Below the pieces are notes generated by a model that was given only the letters and a program-made list of their open reading frames with translations, made no database searches and was not told the origin of the DNA. From positions 4,942-68,941 of the forward strand of contig MGVE01000017.1 in assembly GCA_001800315.1 (NCBI GenBank): a stretch of 64,000 bases of DNA. Reading direction: 5' to 3'. Origin of the DNA: Elusimicrobia bacterium RIFOXYA2_FULL_47_53. GTDB taxonomy: Bacteria > Elusimicrobiota > Endomicrobiia > Endomicrobiales > XYA2-FULL-47-53. The position numbers and the translations under genes were made by a program. Below, piece after piece: positions 10,422-19,414 of this stretch (positions are counted from its first letter, which is position 1; each line of letters starts with the position of its first letter).

Positions 10422-10502
10422 TCCGGCGCTAAGCGGTAAGATGGTGATTTACAGCCTTAATCCATACGCCTGCGTGGTTTAAATCCGTCTTGAAGGTAAT
10501 TT

Positions 10503-11267
10503 ATGAAAAAAATATTGTCCATAGCTAGGTACACTTTTATTGAAAATGTCCGTAACAGGGTGTTTTATATACTTATTTTGTTCGGTGTCGTTATTATTGG
10601 CGCGTCGCTCCTGCTCGCGGCTTTGGGCGGCGAACAGCAGCAAAGGATACTGCTGAATATCGGGCTCGGGGCCATAGAGGTTTTCGCGCTTTTGACGGTC
10701 AGCTTCTCGGCCGTTACGCTTATTCTTGAGGAAATGGAATCCAAGACCATTTACCTTGTTCTGACAAGGCCGGTCCCGAGAGGGGTTTACCTTTTCGGCA
10801 GGTACTTAGGCCTCGCCGCCGCCGTATATTGCGGCATGGCCATAATGTCGGTTATGCATCTGGGAGTACTGCTTTTAAAAGGCTGGAATCCCGGGCTAAA
10901 ATATTTCATTGCCATACTTCTCTCGGCTGAAAAAATTACCATAATCAGTTCTCTGGCGCTGTTTTTTTCGCTGTTTTCGTCGTCAGCTGTTTCCTCGGTT
11001 AGTTTCACTTTCTTTCTCTGGGTAATGGGCCATTTCAGCGAGGAACTTAATTTTCTGGCCAATAAGCTCCAGCTGGTTGTCCCGAAGCTGTTAATCAAGA
11101 CTTTTTACTATATAGCGCCCAACCTTCAATACTACAACCTTAGGGATTTCTGGGATGTGCCGGGCCTGAGCATCAAGTGGCTCTCCGCGGCTTCCGCCTA
11201 TGGCGTAGCTTACTCGCTTGTGTTTCTTTTCCTTTCGCTGTGGCTGTTCAAAAACAGGGAATTCTGA
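10503..11267 (+). CDS. ABC-2 type transporter permease
   Basis: 254 aa with about 6 hydrophobic helices. The N-terminal 'ARYTFIENVRNRVFY' and 'EEMESKTIYLVLTRPVPR' are typical of ABC-2 permeases. It follows the ATPase. Confidence 0.72.
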   Translation: MKKILSIARYTFIENVRNRVFYILILFGVVIIGASLLLAALGGEQQQRILLNIGLGAIEVFALLTVSFSAVTLILEEMESKTIYLVLTRPVPRGVYLFGRYLGLAAAVYCGMAIMSVMHLGVLLLKGWNPGLKYFIAILLSAEKITIISSLALFFSLFSSSAVSSVSFTFFLWVMGHFSEELNFLANKLQLVVPKLLIKTFYYIAPNLQYYNLRDFWDVPGLSIKWLSAASAYGVAYSLVFLFLSLWLFKNREF

Positions 11268-12085
11268 TGCGTGATACGAATAAATATTTCCTGCTGGCGG
11301 CTGTCGTTTTATCCTCAGTGCTTCTGGTAAACGCATTTTTTATAGCCTCCCGGTTTAAATACCCTTTTGCTCCGATTGATACCGCTGTCGGTAAGCTTCC
11401 GCCCTACACCGGCCTTGATATGGCGGCGATTCTCACCGGCAACAGGCGGATAGCCGGAGACCTTTCGTGGATTGGGCTTCTTCAGTACTACGGAAAATCG
11501 GAAAGGCTCCTGAGTAAAGAACAGGAGTACGAACTTTCCATGGATGTGGTGAAGTATTATCTCGGGATAGGTAACCATGAAGAGTGCACGCATCACCATG
11601 TTACGAGCTACGAGGCCGGCAATTACTTTGATTTTCTTAATTACTCCTACCGTACGGTCAGGATAGATCCCTTTTTCTACTATGCTTACCTTTACAGCGC
11701 CGGCGCTTTAGCGTGGAACCTGGACCGTCCGGACGAGGCCGTTGAGCTCTTGCGTTACGGCATCGCCGAGCTGGAAAGGTATAAGTCTGATGTTACAAGA
11801 GATGTTCATGAGCCATTCTGGCAGTTGAATCTCTACATGAGCGCTATAATATACCGCAAAATGGGAGATTATACCAAAATGACCGGACTACTTGAGACAG
11901 CGGCCCGCCAGCCCGGGGCGCCTAACATGATAAAGACTATCCTGGCAAATATTTATCAGAAACAGGGTATGCTGCTCGCTTCTCTTAAGATTTGGCTGGA
12001 AGTCTATGATTCCAAGGACCCATCCTATCAAACCCGTTCCCTGGAGAAAATCCAGGAGCTTCGCGGCAAACTCAATATCCAATAA
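11267..12085 (+). CDS. Membrane-anchored hypothetical protein with TPR-like helical repeats
   Basis: ATG 11267 overlaps the permease stop (TGATG). It has an N-terminal TM ('YFLLAAVVLSSVLLVNAFFI'). The C-terminal half looks like helical repeats. No family recognised. Confidence 0.55.
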   Translation: MRDTNKYFLLAAVVLSSVLLVNAFFIASRFKYPFAPIDTAVGKLPPYTGLDMAAILTGNRRIAGDLSWIGLLQYYGKSERLLSKEQEYELSMDVVKYYLGIGNHEECTHHHVTSYEAGNYFDFLNYSYRTVRIDPFFYYAYLYSAGALAWNLDRPDEAVELLRYGIAELERYKSDVTRDVHEPFWQLNLYMSAIIYRKMGDYTKMTGLLETAARQPGAPNMIKTILANIYQKQGMLLASLKIWLEVYDSKDPSYQTRSLEKIQELRGKLNIQ

Positions 12086-12131
12086 TTCTTGTCTCCGAAT
12101 GTTTTCCTTTATCGTGTATTCCTTTGTTGTC

Positions 12132-12160
12132 TTGACAGGCTCAAGCATTTAATATATAAT
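12132..12160 (+). promoter_or_regulatory. Consensus sigma70-type promoter of the tetR-tolC-RND operon
   Basis: TTGACA at 12132-12137, a 17-nt spacer, then TATAAT at 12155-12160. Confidence 0.7.
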
Positions 12161-12175
12161 TAACGAAATCGTTAA
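12160..12175 (+). promoter_or_regulatory. Inverted repeat, probable TetR operator
   Basis: 'TTAACGA aa TCGTTAA': 7-bp perfect arms abutting the -10 box, 16 nt upstream of the tetR ATG. Confidence 0.55.
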
Positions 12176-12190
12176 ACGAAAGAGTTAAAT

Positions 12191-12811
12191 ATGGATACAA
12201 AAGAAAAAATACTTTCAGCGGCGGCAGGGGTTTTTTCAAGCAAAGGCAAGCACGGAACCACTATGGAAGAGGTGGCTGCGGCTGCAGGCGTGAACAAGGC
12301 CATGCTCTATTATTACTATTCCACCAAGGAAAACCTCTACAGGGAAGTCCTCTCGGTAACTTTTAAAAAAATATTTAAGAATATATCTAAATCCTGCGGC
12401 AAAACCTGCGGGGGAGACAGCCATATTGGAACTATAAAAAGGTTCATTGAGGCGCATTTTGACGCTTTTTCCCTGAACGGCCCCGCCTCAAGGATTTTTA
12501 TTGAAGCCGCGACGAGCGAGCACGAAGATTTTAAACAGGCCGTTTTAAGCAATATGAATAATATGGAACACAGAAGCGCCATGCATAAAATGATAAATGA
12601 CGGGATAGCACGCGGCATTTTCAGGAAAATTGATCCGAGGCAGATGATAATGAATATTATAGGCATGAACATGATATATATGGCGACCAAGCCAATGGCC
12701 GGAACAATGCTGGGTTTTGATGTCAAAGGCGAGAAAAAATTCCTGAAGGACAGAAAAAAGAGCATTGTTGATATGGTTCTAAACGGAATAGTCGCGAAAA
12801 GGGAAAAATAA
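12191..12811 (+). CDS. TetR/AcrR family transcriptional regulator
   Basis: N-terminal HTH 'KEKILSAAAGVFSSKGKHGTTMEEVAAAAGVNKAMLYYYYSTKENLY'. First gene of the efflux operon. Confidence 0.87.
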   Translation: MDTKEKILSAAAGVFSSKGKHGTTMEEVAAAAGVNKAMLYYYYSTKENLYREVLSVTFKKIFKNISKSCGKTCGGDSHIGTIKRFIEAHFDAFSLNGPASRIFIEAATSEHEDFKQAVLSNMNNMEHRSAMHKMINDGIARGIFRKIDPRQMIMNIIGMNMIYMATKPMAGTMLGFDVKGEKKFLKDRKKSIVDMVLNGIVAKREK

Positions 12812-14262
12812 TGAAAAAACGGATATTGCTGACAGCGCTCGCGGGTTTTGCCGCGGCCGGAATTGGTTTCGCCCAGGAACAGCTTGCGTTGCAGGATTAT
12901 CTTTCGCAGGTGGAGCAAAACAGCGCCGAAATAAAATCGGTGAATCTTGCCATTGACTCCGCTGTCAATAAGACAAGAGAGCTTGATATGGCCTATTCTC
13001 CCTATTTTTCGGCTGCCGCCAGCTACGCCGTTGAAAGCGGCGCAGGTTTTGGCTCAGCTCTTCCGGCAAAAGAGATGGATGTCACGGCCTGGAACCTCGG
13101 TTTATCAAAGAAGTGGCAGACGGGTTCCACTCTGACGCTCGGCTATTCGGACACCAGCATGATGTTTGACCTTCTTTATCCGACCGCCATAATAGGACCT
13201 GAAAAATTATCCAGTTTTACGGGCTACGAAGTTAAGCCAAGCGTTAAAATTGAACAGTCGCTTATGAAGGAATTTCTCGGCGGGCAGTCCCAGTCCGCTG
13301 TCAATAAGGCCAAGTCCTTAAACCGTGCCGGCATTTACGGTTTAATATTTAAAAAGCAGCAGCTTTTGCTCAGGGCCAGGCTCGCCTACTGGTCTCTTTC
13401 ACTGTCAAGAGAAGTTGTGGCATTCAGGAAAACATCCCTGGACAGGGCCCAGGAGCTTTTAAAATGGAGCGAAAACAGGGTCTCGCTTGACCTTGCCGAT
13501 AGGAGCGACCTGCTTCAGGCACAGGCAGCCTATAAAATGAGGCAGTTGAATTACCAGCTTGCCCTTGAGGACGAGGTGAAGGCCTGCAGGGTATTTAACG
13601 AACTGCGCGGTTCCGCCGCCGAAACTGTTGAGCAGGCGCTTGAAAGAATATCCGATGCACCAAAAAAATATGAAGGGCTTGATTCAATCCGCTGTAACGG
13701 CGAGAGGGCCGACCTGCTGGCGGCAAAAGAGGTTTTAAAAGGCGCCCAATACGCTCAGAAAGAAGCTTTTAAGCGCTCCGGCCCCGAACTTAGTGTATTC
13801 GGTACGGCATCGCTTAAAGGTCTGGATTTAAGTTATTCAGGGGCCTTGCAGCAGATAAGCGACGCGGATAAGCCTGCTTACGCCGTTGGGCTGGTCTTTT
13901 TCGCTCCGATAGATTTTAAAGTTGTTTCACGCGTGAGGAAAGCTTACAAAAGCGATTATGAATCCGCCCGCGAAGCTCTCGGTAAAACTGAGCTGTCGGT
14001 TAAAAATGACTGGGATGAACTTTTCAGGACCTGGAAAAATGTAAAATCAAGGGTCAGTCTGGCAAAAGAGATAAAGGATATTCAGTCCGAGCGGGTTGCG
14101 GTTGAAAGAGATAAGTCAAAGAGGGGAAGAACGACGACCTTTCTTCTTTTGAATTCCGAAAATGACCTTGATGACGCCACCCTTAACGAATACAGGCTGA
14201 TATTTGAAGAGCTAAATATCAATGCCCAGTCCGAGCTTTATTGCACCACGCCGGTTGAATAG
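12811..14262 (+). CDS. TolC-family outer membrane efflux protein
   Basis: The start overlaps the tetR stop (TAATG). It has a signal peptide 'LLTALAGFAAAGIGFAQE'. The two-repeat helical/beta architecture and the ~480 aa length are typical of OMF proteins. Confidence 0.8.
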   Translation: MKKRILLTALAGFAAAGIGFAQEQLALQDYLSQVEQNSAEIKSVNLAIDSAVNKTRELDMAYSPYFSAAASYAVESGAGFGSALPAKEMDVTAWNLGLSKKWQTGSTLTLGYSDTSMMFDLLYPTAIIGPEKLSSFTGYEVKPSVKIEQSLMKEFLGGQSQSAVNKAKSLNRAGIYGLIFKKQQLLLRARLAYWSLSLSREVVAFRKTSLDRAQELLKWSENRVSLDLADRSDLLQAQAAYKMRQLNYQLALEDEVKACRVFNELRGSAAETVEQALERISDAPKKYEGLDSIRCNGERADLLAAKEVLKGAQYAQKEAFKRSGPELSVFGTASLKGLDLSYSGALQQISDADKPAYAVGLVFFAPIDFKVVSRVRKAYKSDYESAREALGKTELSVKNDWDELFRTWKNVKSRVSLAKEIKDIQSERVAVERDKSKRGRTTTFLLLNSENDLDDATLNEYRLIFEELNINAQSELYCTTPVE

Positions 14263-14285
14263 GCAGAGTGTAGTTATAGTTTTTT

Positions 14286-14308
14286 AGCTGTTGAATATAC
14301 CAACAGCT
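14286..14308 (+). terminator. Hairpin after the tolC-like gene
   Basis: 'AGCTGTTGaatatacCAACAGCT': 8-bp perfect stem with only a short T run after it. Confidence 0.45.
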
Positions 14309-14310
14309 GA

Positions 14311-14540
14311 TTTTAACTTTCTTTGGACGCACAAAGAAAGTTAATAAAGAAACGCGCGACGCCTCACCATCTCGGCGTCCTCATGGTAGTCCGCACTTAT
14401 TCGTGCGGACATTCGCCAGCGCGAGCCATTCGCAAAAGTATTTTAGGCAGTCTTGCAAACTCCCTGCCTATCGGCAGGTCAAACAGGCAAGACTGAATGC
14501 CTCCAAAAATACTTTTGCTCATAGCCGGCTCTAAGGGGTA
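14311..14540. repeat. Composite multi-hairpin element, copy 2
   Basis: Same order of hairpins as 9098..9325. It lies between the tolC-like and RND genes. Confidence 0.85.
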
Positions 14541-14583
14541 TGAAAACAGAAAAACCAATAAGGGCATTAAATCACAAAACCAG

Positions 14584-14806
14584 GCCGTCATACTGATCTC
14601 CCGAGGGGAGAGAAGTATCTCGCTTTGCCGTCATTCCAGAGAGGTTCTGTCTGGAATCCAGAAAAGGTTGTCATTGCGAGGAACGAAGCAATCTCGTCGT
14701 CAAAATGATTTTCCGAGCTTGCTCGGCTGATGTTGTCGTAGTCTCGCCGTGCCGTTACACATGCAGTTGAAGTTTCTTAAAACTTAGAACTTAGAACTTA
14801 TAACTG
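14584..14806. repeat. Hairpin repeat modules plus an 'aactta' short tandem repeat
   Basis: 'gccgtcatactgatctcccgaggggagagaagtatctcgc', 'gccgtcATTCCAGAgaggttctgTCTGGAATccag' and 'gtcattgcgaggaacgaagcaatctcgtc', then 'aaacttagaacttagaacttataactg' (14780-14806). Compare 28471-28504. Confidence 0.75.
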
Positions 14807-14832
14807 TAGTAAAAAGTTTCCGGAGGAATTAA

Positions 14833-17800
14833 ATGAATCTCGCAGGTTTGTCCATCAAAAGGCCAACATTTATTTCGTCAATAATCGCGCTTATGCTTAT
14901 CGTCGGTTTTATCTTTATGAACCGTCTTCCAGTGGACATGTTCCCGGATGTGAATTTTCCGTTCATAATGGTTACCACAATATACCCCGGCGCCGGCCCC
15001 AAAGAAATGGAGACAATGGTTTCCAAAATACTTGAAGAGCAGATAAGCTCTATCTCGGGACTTAAAAATGTTACATCCATCAGCCAGGACGGGGTATCAA
15101 TGGTATTCGGCGAGTTTACCCTTGAAACCGACCCGAAATACGCCGAACAGCAGGTAAAAGACAAAATAGCCCAGATCCGCAACAGCCTGCCGGCCGACAT
15201 TAAAGAACCGATTATCAGAAGATTTGACCCCGCCGACAGGCCTGTGCTTACCGTTAGCGTATCGGCCGACCTTTCAGCGGCTGAGTTATATGATTTGGCT
15301 GATACCGTTATAAGGAATTCGCTTGAGCAGATAGCCAATGTAAGCACCGTTGAGCTTATAGGCGGAACGAAGCGCGAAATACATGTTGACCTTGATCTGG
15401 CTAAACTCAAAGAGTATGAAACAAACCTTTCCCTTGTTTCCGGGCGAATCACCGCCAATTCGCAGAATATTCCCATAGGGAAGGTGGCTCAGGGCGCGAG
15501 CGAACTGTCGTTTCGCAGTATGGGCGAGTTCCGCACAGTCCAGCAGATTAAAGATGTAGTCGTGAGCTTTTTCGGGAGTGATGTGCCGATAACAATTGAT
15601 AAAATAGGCAAAGTCAGCGATTCCGTTGAGGATGTTAAAACTCTCGGTTATTTGAACGGCAAATCAGCGCTTGTTATAAATATTTATAAACAGTCCGGAT
15701 CAAACACAGTGAGCGTTTCTGACGCGCTTATCAAGAGAATAGACAAGATAAATGAAAAGATTAAAAGCGCCAGGGGCAATCCGAATATCCTTGTTGTCAG
15801 AGACGGCGCGCGGCCCATCAGGATGAACCTTGAAGATGTGAAGCAGACGATCTTTGAGGGTATCCTGCTGGCGATAATCGTAGTGTATTTCTTTTTGGGT
15901 AATTTCCGTTCCACTCTGATTACGGCGGCGGCTCTTCCCAACAGCCTTATAGGAGCCTTTATATTCATGGGCCTGGCGGGTTTTAGTATCAATATGCTTT
16001 CACTAATGGCGCTATCGCTCGCCGTGGGGTTATTAATTGATGATGCTATAGTGGTCAGGGAAAATATATTCCGACATATAGAAAACGGCGAAAAGCCGAT
16101 GGTCGCGGCTCTTAAAGGAACCAACGAGGTTACTCTGGCGGTAATAGCCACAACGCTGACTGTCGTCGCCGTCTTCCTGCCGGTGGCCTTCCTTCAGGGT
16201 ATCGTAGGCCAGTTTTTCAAGCAGTTCGGCCTGACCGTAGTATTTGCAATGGGAATATCGCTTTTTGACGCTTTAACAACCGCGCCGATGCTTTCGGCGT
16301 ACCTGATAGGCCAGTTGGAACATGAAAAGAAAAAAACAGGTTTTATGGCCCTTGTTAACGCTCCCGCGGCCTGGTTCGGGCGCGTTCAGGACAAAGTGGA
16401 TATCCTTTACGAAAGAGCCATGCGCTATGCCCTAAAGCATAAAAACTTTGTTCTTGTCGGAGCTTTCTTAATATTTGTTTCCAGCCTCGTGCTCGTAAGG
16501 GGCATACCAAAGACCTTTATGCCTTCCAACGAATGGGGGGAGTTCTTTGTAGATATGGAAGCCGAGCCCAGTATTTCTCTTGGAGAGATGGATAAAACTG
16601 TCCGGGAAATTGAAGCCCTGATAAGGCTGGAAAAGGATGTTGAGCTCGTTTCCACGACAGTCGGCAACACAAACGGCGAAAGCAATGTGGCTTCATTGTT
16701 TATTAAAATGATTCCCTCAAACAAAAGAAAACGCTCAACCGCGGAGCTGAAAGAATATTTAAGAAAAGAGCTCTCGCCTTACGAGCCAAAAATGCATCCG
16801 AGAGTCAACGACCAGTCCATGGCGGGCGGGTCAGATCAGCCGTTTTCTTTGATAATTACAGGGGACGATATTTCCCAGCTGGCCAGGGTCGCCGAGGATT
16901 TAAAGGTTAAGTTTAAGGACATAAAAGGCCTGGTTGATTTAAGCACCAATTACAGGGAAGGCAAGCCCGAGTTCCAGTTTAAAATGGACGCGCGCAAGAT
17001 GGAAAAGCTCGGAGTGCAGTCGGTAATGGCCGGCCTTGAGCTCAGGGCCATGGTTGAGGGCACGGTTCCCGCTAAATTCAGGGAGCACGACCTTGAATAC
17101 GATATAAGGGTCAGGGCTATTGAAGAACAGAGAGATCTGAGCCGCAGCTTCGGGATGCTTTATGTGCCCAATGTAAATATGCAGCTCGTAAAACTTAAAA
17201 ATATAGCCGATCCCGTAAAAACAACGGGCCCTTCAAAGGTTTACCGCAGAAACCGTTCCCGTTATGTAATGGTAAGCGGCAACCTCGGGAAAGGCGGCGC
17301 CATAGGCAACATAACGGACGAGGCCAAAAAAATCATTGGCAAAGAAAAACTGCCTGAAGGCGTAGCCTACGAGTTTATCGGTTCTTCAGAGGATATGATA
17401 GATCTGTTTAGAAGCATGCTTATAGCCGGTGTCTTGTCCATAATATTTATTTACATTGTTCTGGCAAGTTTGTACGAGTCTATAATTATCCCTTTTACCA
17501 TCATGCTGGCTCTGCCGCTTGCCATTGTGGGCGGCCTGATAGCGCTTTTTGTAACCGGGGAAACCATAAGCATGTTTACCATGATAGGTTTCATCATGCT
17601 GCTCGGGCTTGTGACAAAGAATTCAATTCTGCTCGTGGATTACGCTCAGAAACTTATGAGGGGCGGCCTCCACAGGGATGAAGCTATTATCAAGGCCGGC
17701 CTTACCAGGCTTCGCCCCATTCTTATGACCACCTTCGCTCTTATAGCCGGCATGCTTCCGCTCGCTTTAGGGTTAAGCGAGGTGGGAAAATTCAGAAGAA

Positions 17801-17964
17801 GCATGGGTATAACCATAATAGGCGGCCTTATAAGCTCTACTTTCCTGACGCTTGTGGTAATACCGGCGGTATTCGGCTATATGGACGGCTTCAGGAACAG
17901 GATGAGAAAAGTTATGAAAAGGCCCGCCCTTCGCGAGATTGATAAAACGGACAACGAGTTATAA
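14833..17964 (+). CDS. RND family efflux transporter, inner-membrane permease (AcrB/HAE1-like)
   Basis: 1,043 aa. 'LSIKRPTFISSIIALMLIVG' N-terminus, a 12-TM layout with two large periplasmic loops, 'LLIDDAIVVRENI' and 'VTKNSILLVDYA'. Confidence 0.95.
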   Translation: MNLAGLSIKRPTFISSIIALMLIVGFIFMNRLPVDMFPDVNFPFIMVTTIYPGAGPKEMETMVSKILEEQISSISGLKNVTSISQDGVSMVFGEFTLETDPKYAEQQVKDKIAQIRNSLPADIKEPIIRRFDPADRPVLTVSVSADLSAAELYDLADTVIRNSLEQIANVSTVELIGGTKREIHVDLDLAKLKEYETNLSLVSGRITANSQNIPIGKVAQGASELSFRSMGEFRTVQQIKDVVVSFFGSDVPITIDKIGKVSDSVEDVKTLGYLNGKSALVINIYKQSGSNTVSVSDALIKRIDKINEKIKSARGNPNILVVRDGARPIRMNLEDVKQTIFEGILLAIIVVYFFLGNFRSTLITAAALPNSLIGAFIFMGLAGFSINMLSLMALSLAVGLLIDDAIVVRENIFRHIENGEKPMVAALKGTNEVTLAVIATTLTVVAVFLPVAFLQGIVGQFFKQFGLTVVFAMGISLFDALTTAPMLSAYLIGQLEHEKKKTGFMALVNAPAAWFGRVQDKVDILYERAMRYALKHKNFVLVGAFLIFVSSLVLVRGIPKTFMPSNEWGEFFVDMEAEPSISLGEMDKTVREIEALIRLEKDVELVSTTVGNTNGESNVASLFIKMIPSNKRKRSTAELKEYLRKELSPYEPKMHPRVNDQSMAGGSDQPFSLIITGDDISQLARVAEDLKVKFKDIKGLVDLSTNYREGKPEFQFKMDARKMEKLGVQSVMAGLELRAMVEGTVPAKFREHDLEYDIRVRAIEEQRDLSRSFGMLYVPNVNMQLVKLKNIADPVKTTGPSKVYRRNRSRYVMVSGNLGKGGAIGNITDEAKKIIGKEKLPEGVAYEFIGSSEDMIDLFRSMLIAGVLSIIFIYIVLASLYESIIIPFTIMLALPLAIVGGLIALFVTGETISMFTMIGFIMLLGLVTKNSILLVDYAQKLMRGGLHRDEAIIKAGLTRLRPILMTTFALIAGMLPLALGLSEVGKFRRSMGITIIGGLISSTFLTLVVIPAVFGYMDGFRNRMRKVMKRPALREIDKTDNEL

Positions 17965-17995
17965 GTGCGCGGGTTGCCCCGCATTTTGTAGCATG

Positions 17996-18345
17996 TAGTC
18001 ATTCCGGAAATGTTCTGTCCGGAATCCAGTAGGCCGCCTTTGCGAGGAGTGAAATGACGCGCCAGCCCGCCGAAGGCTCAGTGGCGGGCGCCAGCCCGCC
18101 AGAGGTTCAGTGGCGGGACAATCTCTTTGTCAATAAAGGCCGTCAGAAATGTTCACAGACTGTGTCGTAACTGCCATTAACGAGGGCTTTGAGCTGTCAT
18201 GCTGAACGCAGTGAAGCATCTCGACGGTAACAATAACTTCGCGATCCTTCGCTAACGCTCAGGATGACATTGCCACACAGTCTGTCAGCCTGGGATCCAC
18301 TTCAAAAAGTCTTTCTCAAATGCCATTGAACCGGATCCCCGATGC
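17996..18345. repeat. Block of hairpin repeat modules between convergent genes
   Basis: 'gtcATTCCGGAaatgttctgTCCGGAATccag' (17996-18029). Two tandem copies of 'cagCCCGCC..g..g..tcagtGGCGGG' (18061-18118). Then 'gtcatgctgaacgcagtgaagcatc' and an inverted 'gatccttcgctaacgctcaggatgac'. Confidence 0.8.
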
Positions 18346-18375
18346 CCCATTTGGGGTGGTAAATCTAACAAAAAA

Positions 18376-18408
18376 AGAACCCGTGATTTCTCAGGGGTTC
18401 TTTTTTTG
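18376..18408. terminator. Bidirectional rho-independent terminator
   Basis: 'aaaaaAGAACCCgtgatttctcaGGGGTTCTttttttg': A run, stem, then T run, between the RND gene (+) and the 18430 gene (-). Confidence 0.75.
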
Positions 18409-18429
18409 TTTAAACTATTGCTAAGTCGT

Positions 18430-19251
18430 TTATTTCCTGTTTGTTTCGCTGTCAGAATCAAGTATAAGATCAGTTAAATCGGAGTTGTAAACCTTAACCG
18501 CAGAAAAAGGCACATAGGAGATTGATGCGGGTAAGGTAAGAATAACGCTTGGATCCATTAGACTTACTTTTCCTACAACAATAACCTCAATTTCTGCAGC
18601 CGCTATCTTAAGGTATTGTTTGTAGGGTTTTTTAAGAGCCCCTCCGTTTAATAGAAAGAAAAAGTCGCCGTATTTATCCTGGATCATAATTCCGAATTGC
18701 TCTTTAGGATCTCCCATATATAGGCAGCTTTCTACCATTGCCATTTTCCCAGCTACAACATCCATGTTCGGGTCTTTTATGCCGAGTTTTTTAAGTGTCG
18801 CTTCACGAAATGTTGTTTTGTCCTGAACTTTTTTCTTTATGGCATCCGCAACTTCGGTTGAGAGCTTTTGTCCGATTGTGAAATCTTTTGTATTAAATTC
18901 GTCAACTTCAATGCGGTATCTTATTTCTTTGCCTCCGATATTCTTCGGGTCAGGCGACATTAACGATCCGAACACGAAAACATTCTGTTTGCTTCCTGCC
19001 AAAGACTGCAGTTCTTTTGTTCTTGTACCTACTAAAACATAGTTGTTGGTGCCGCGGGGAGTTGTAAGTACAATATGTTCGTCAATTTGGGACAGAGAGC
19101 CGCTTGCCTTGATTTTTATCGGAGCAGTCTTTACTGGAACCTGAGCGGGGGTCTTCTTTATCATCCAAGTAAGTAATTTTGGCCCCGCAACAAAAAAAAG
19201 AATCGCTGCCACTATAAGTACAATGGCGATTACAATCATTTTGCTTTTCAT
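18430..19251 (-). CDS. Membrane-anchored hypothetical protein
   Basis: ORF 18430..19281. ATG 19251 is preferred because 'aaggagaa' lies upstream. It has an N-terminal TM 'MIVIAIVLIVAAILFFVAG'. No family recognised. Confidence 0.6.
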   Translation of the reverse strand: MKSKMIVIAIVLIVAAILFFVAGPKLLTWMIKKTPAQVPVKTAPIKIKASGSLSQIDEHIVLTTPRGTNNYVLVGTRTKELQSLAGSKQNVFVFGSLMSPDPKNIGGKEIRYRIEVDEFNTKDFTIGQKLSTEVADAIKKKVQDKTTFREATLKKLGIKDPNMDVVAGKMAMVESCLYMGDPKEQFGIMIQDKYGDFFFLLNGGALKKPYKQYLKIAAAEIEVIVVGKVSLMDPSVILTLPASISYVPFSAVKVYNSDLTDLILDSDSETNRK

Positions 19252-19414
19252 GCGGCTGTTCTCCTTTAGGGTAGAATGCAATTTCTTGAGTTAATTATAT
19301 AGTAAAATGCATTGATAGTCAATAGATTTATTAGGTGATTTTGTAAATATAAAGAAGGCTTGCCTTTTATAAGGCAAGCCTTCTTTAGTAAATCAATTGC
19401 TTTGGCTGTATTCC

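Noticed and set aside
12337-12918. 193-aa minus-strand ORF across tetR and the tolC-like start
   Set aside because: It is antisense to two well-supported genes. Its hydrophobic-looking product is a by-product of an AT-rich antisense frame.
14397-14730. ORFs 14397..14591 (-) and 14497..14730 (+) between the tolC-like and RND genes
   Set aside because: They lie entirely within the hairpin repeat block that is duplicated at 9098-9400. The homologous copy carries no matching ORF of 60 aa or more. So they are not coding and not an adaptor-gene remnant.
14829-15476. 215-aa minus-strand ORF antisense to the RND pump start, and 15684..16151 -
   Set aside because: They overlap a confidently identified AcrB-like CDS completely and have no recognisable motifs. 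They are typical shadow ORFs.
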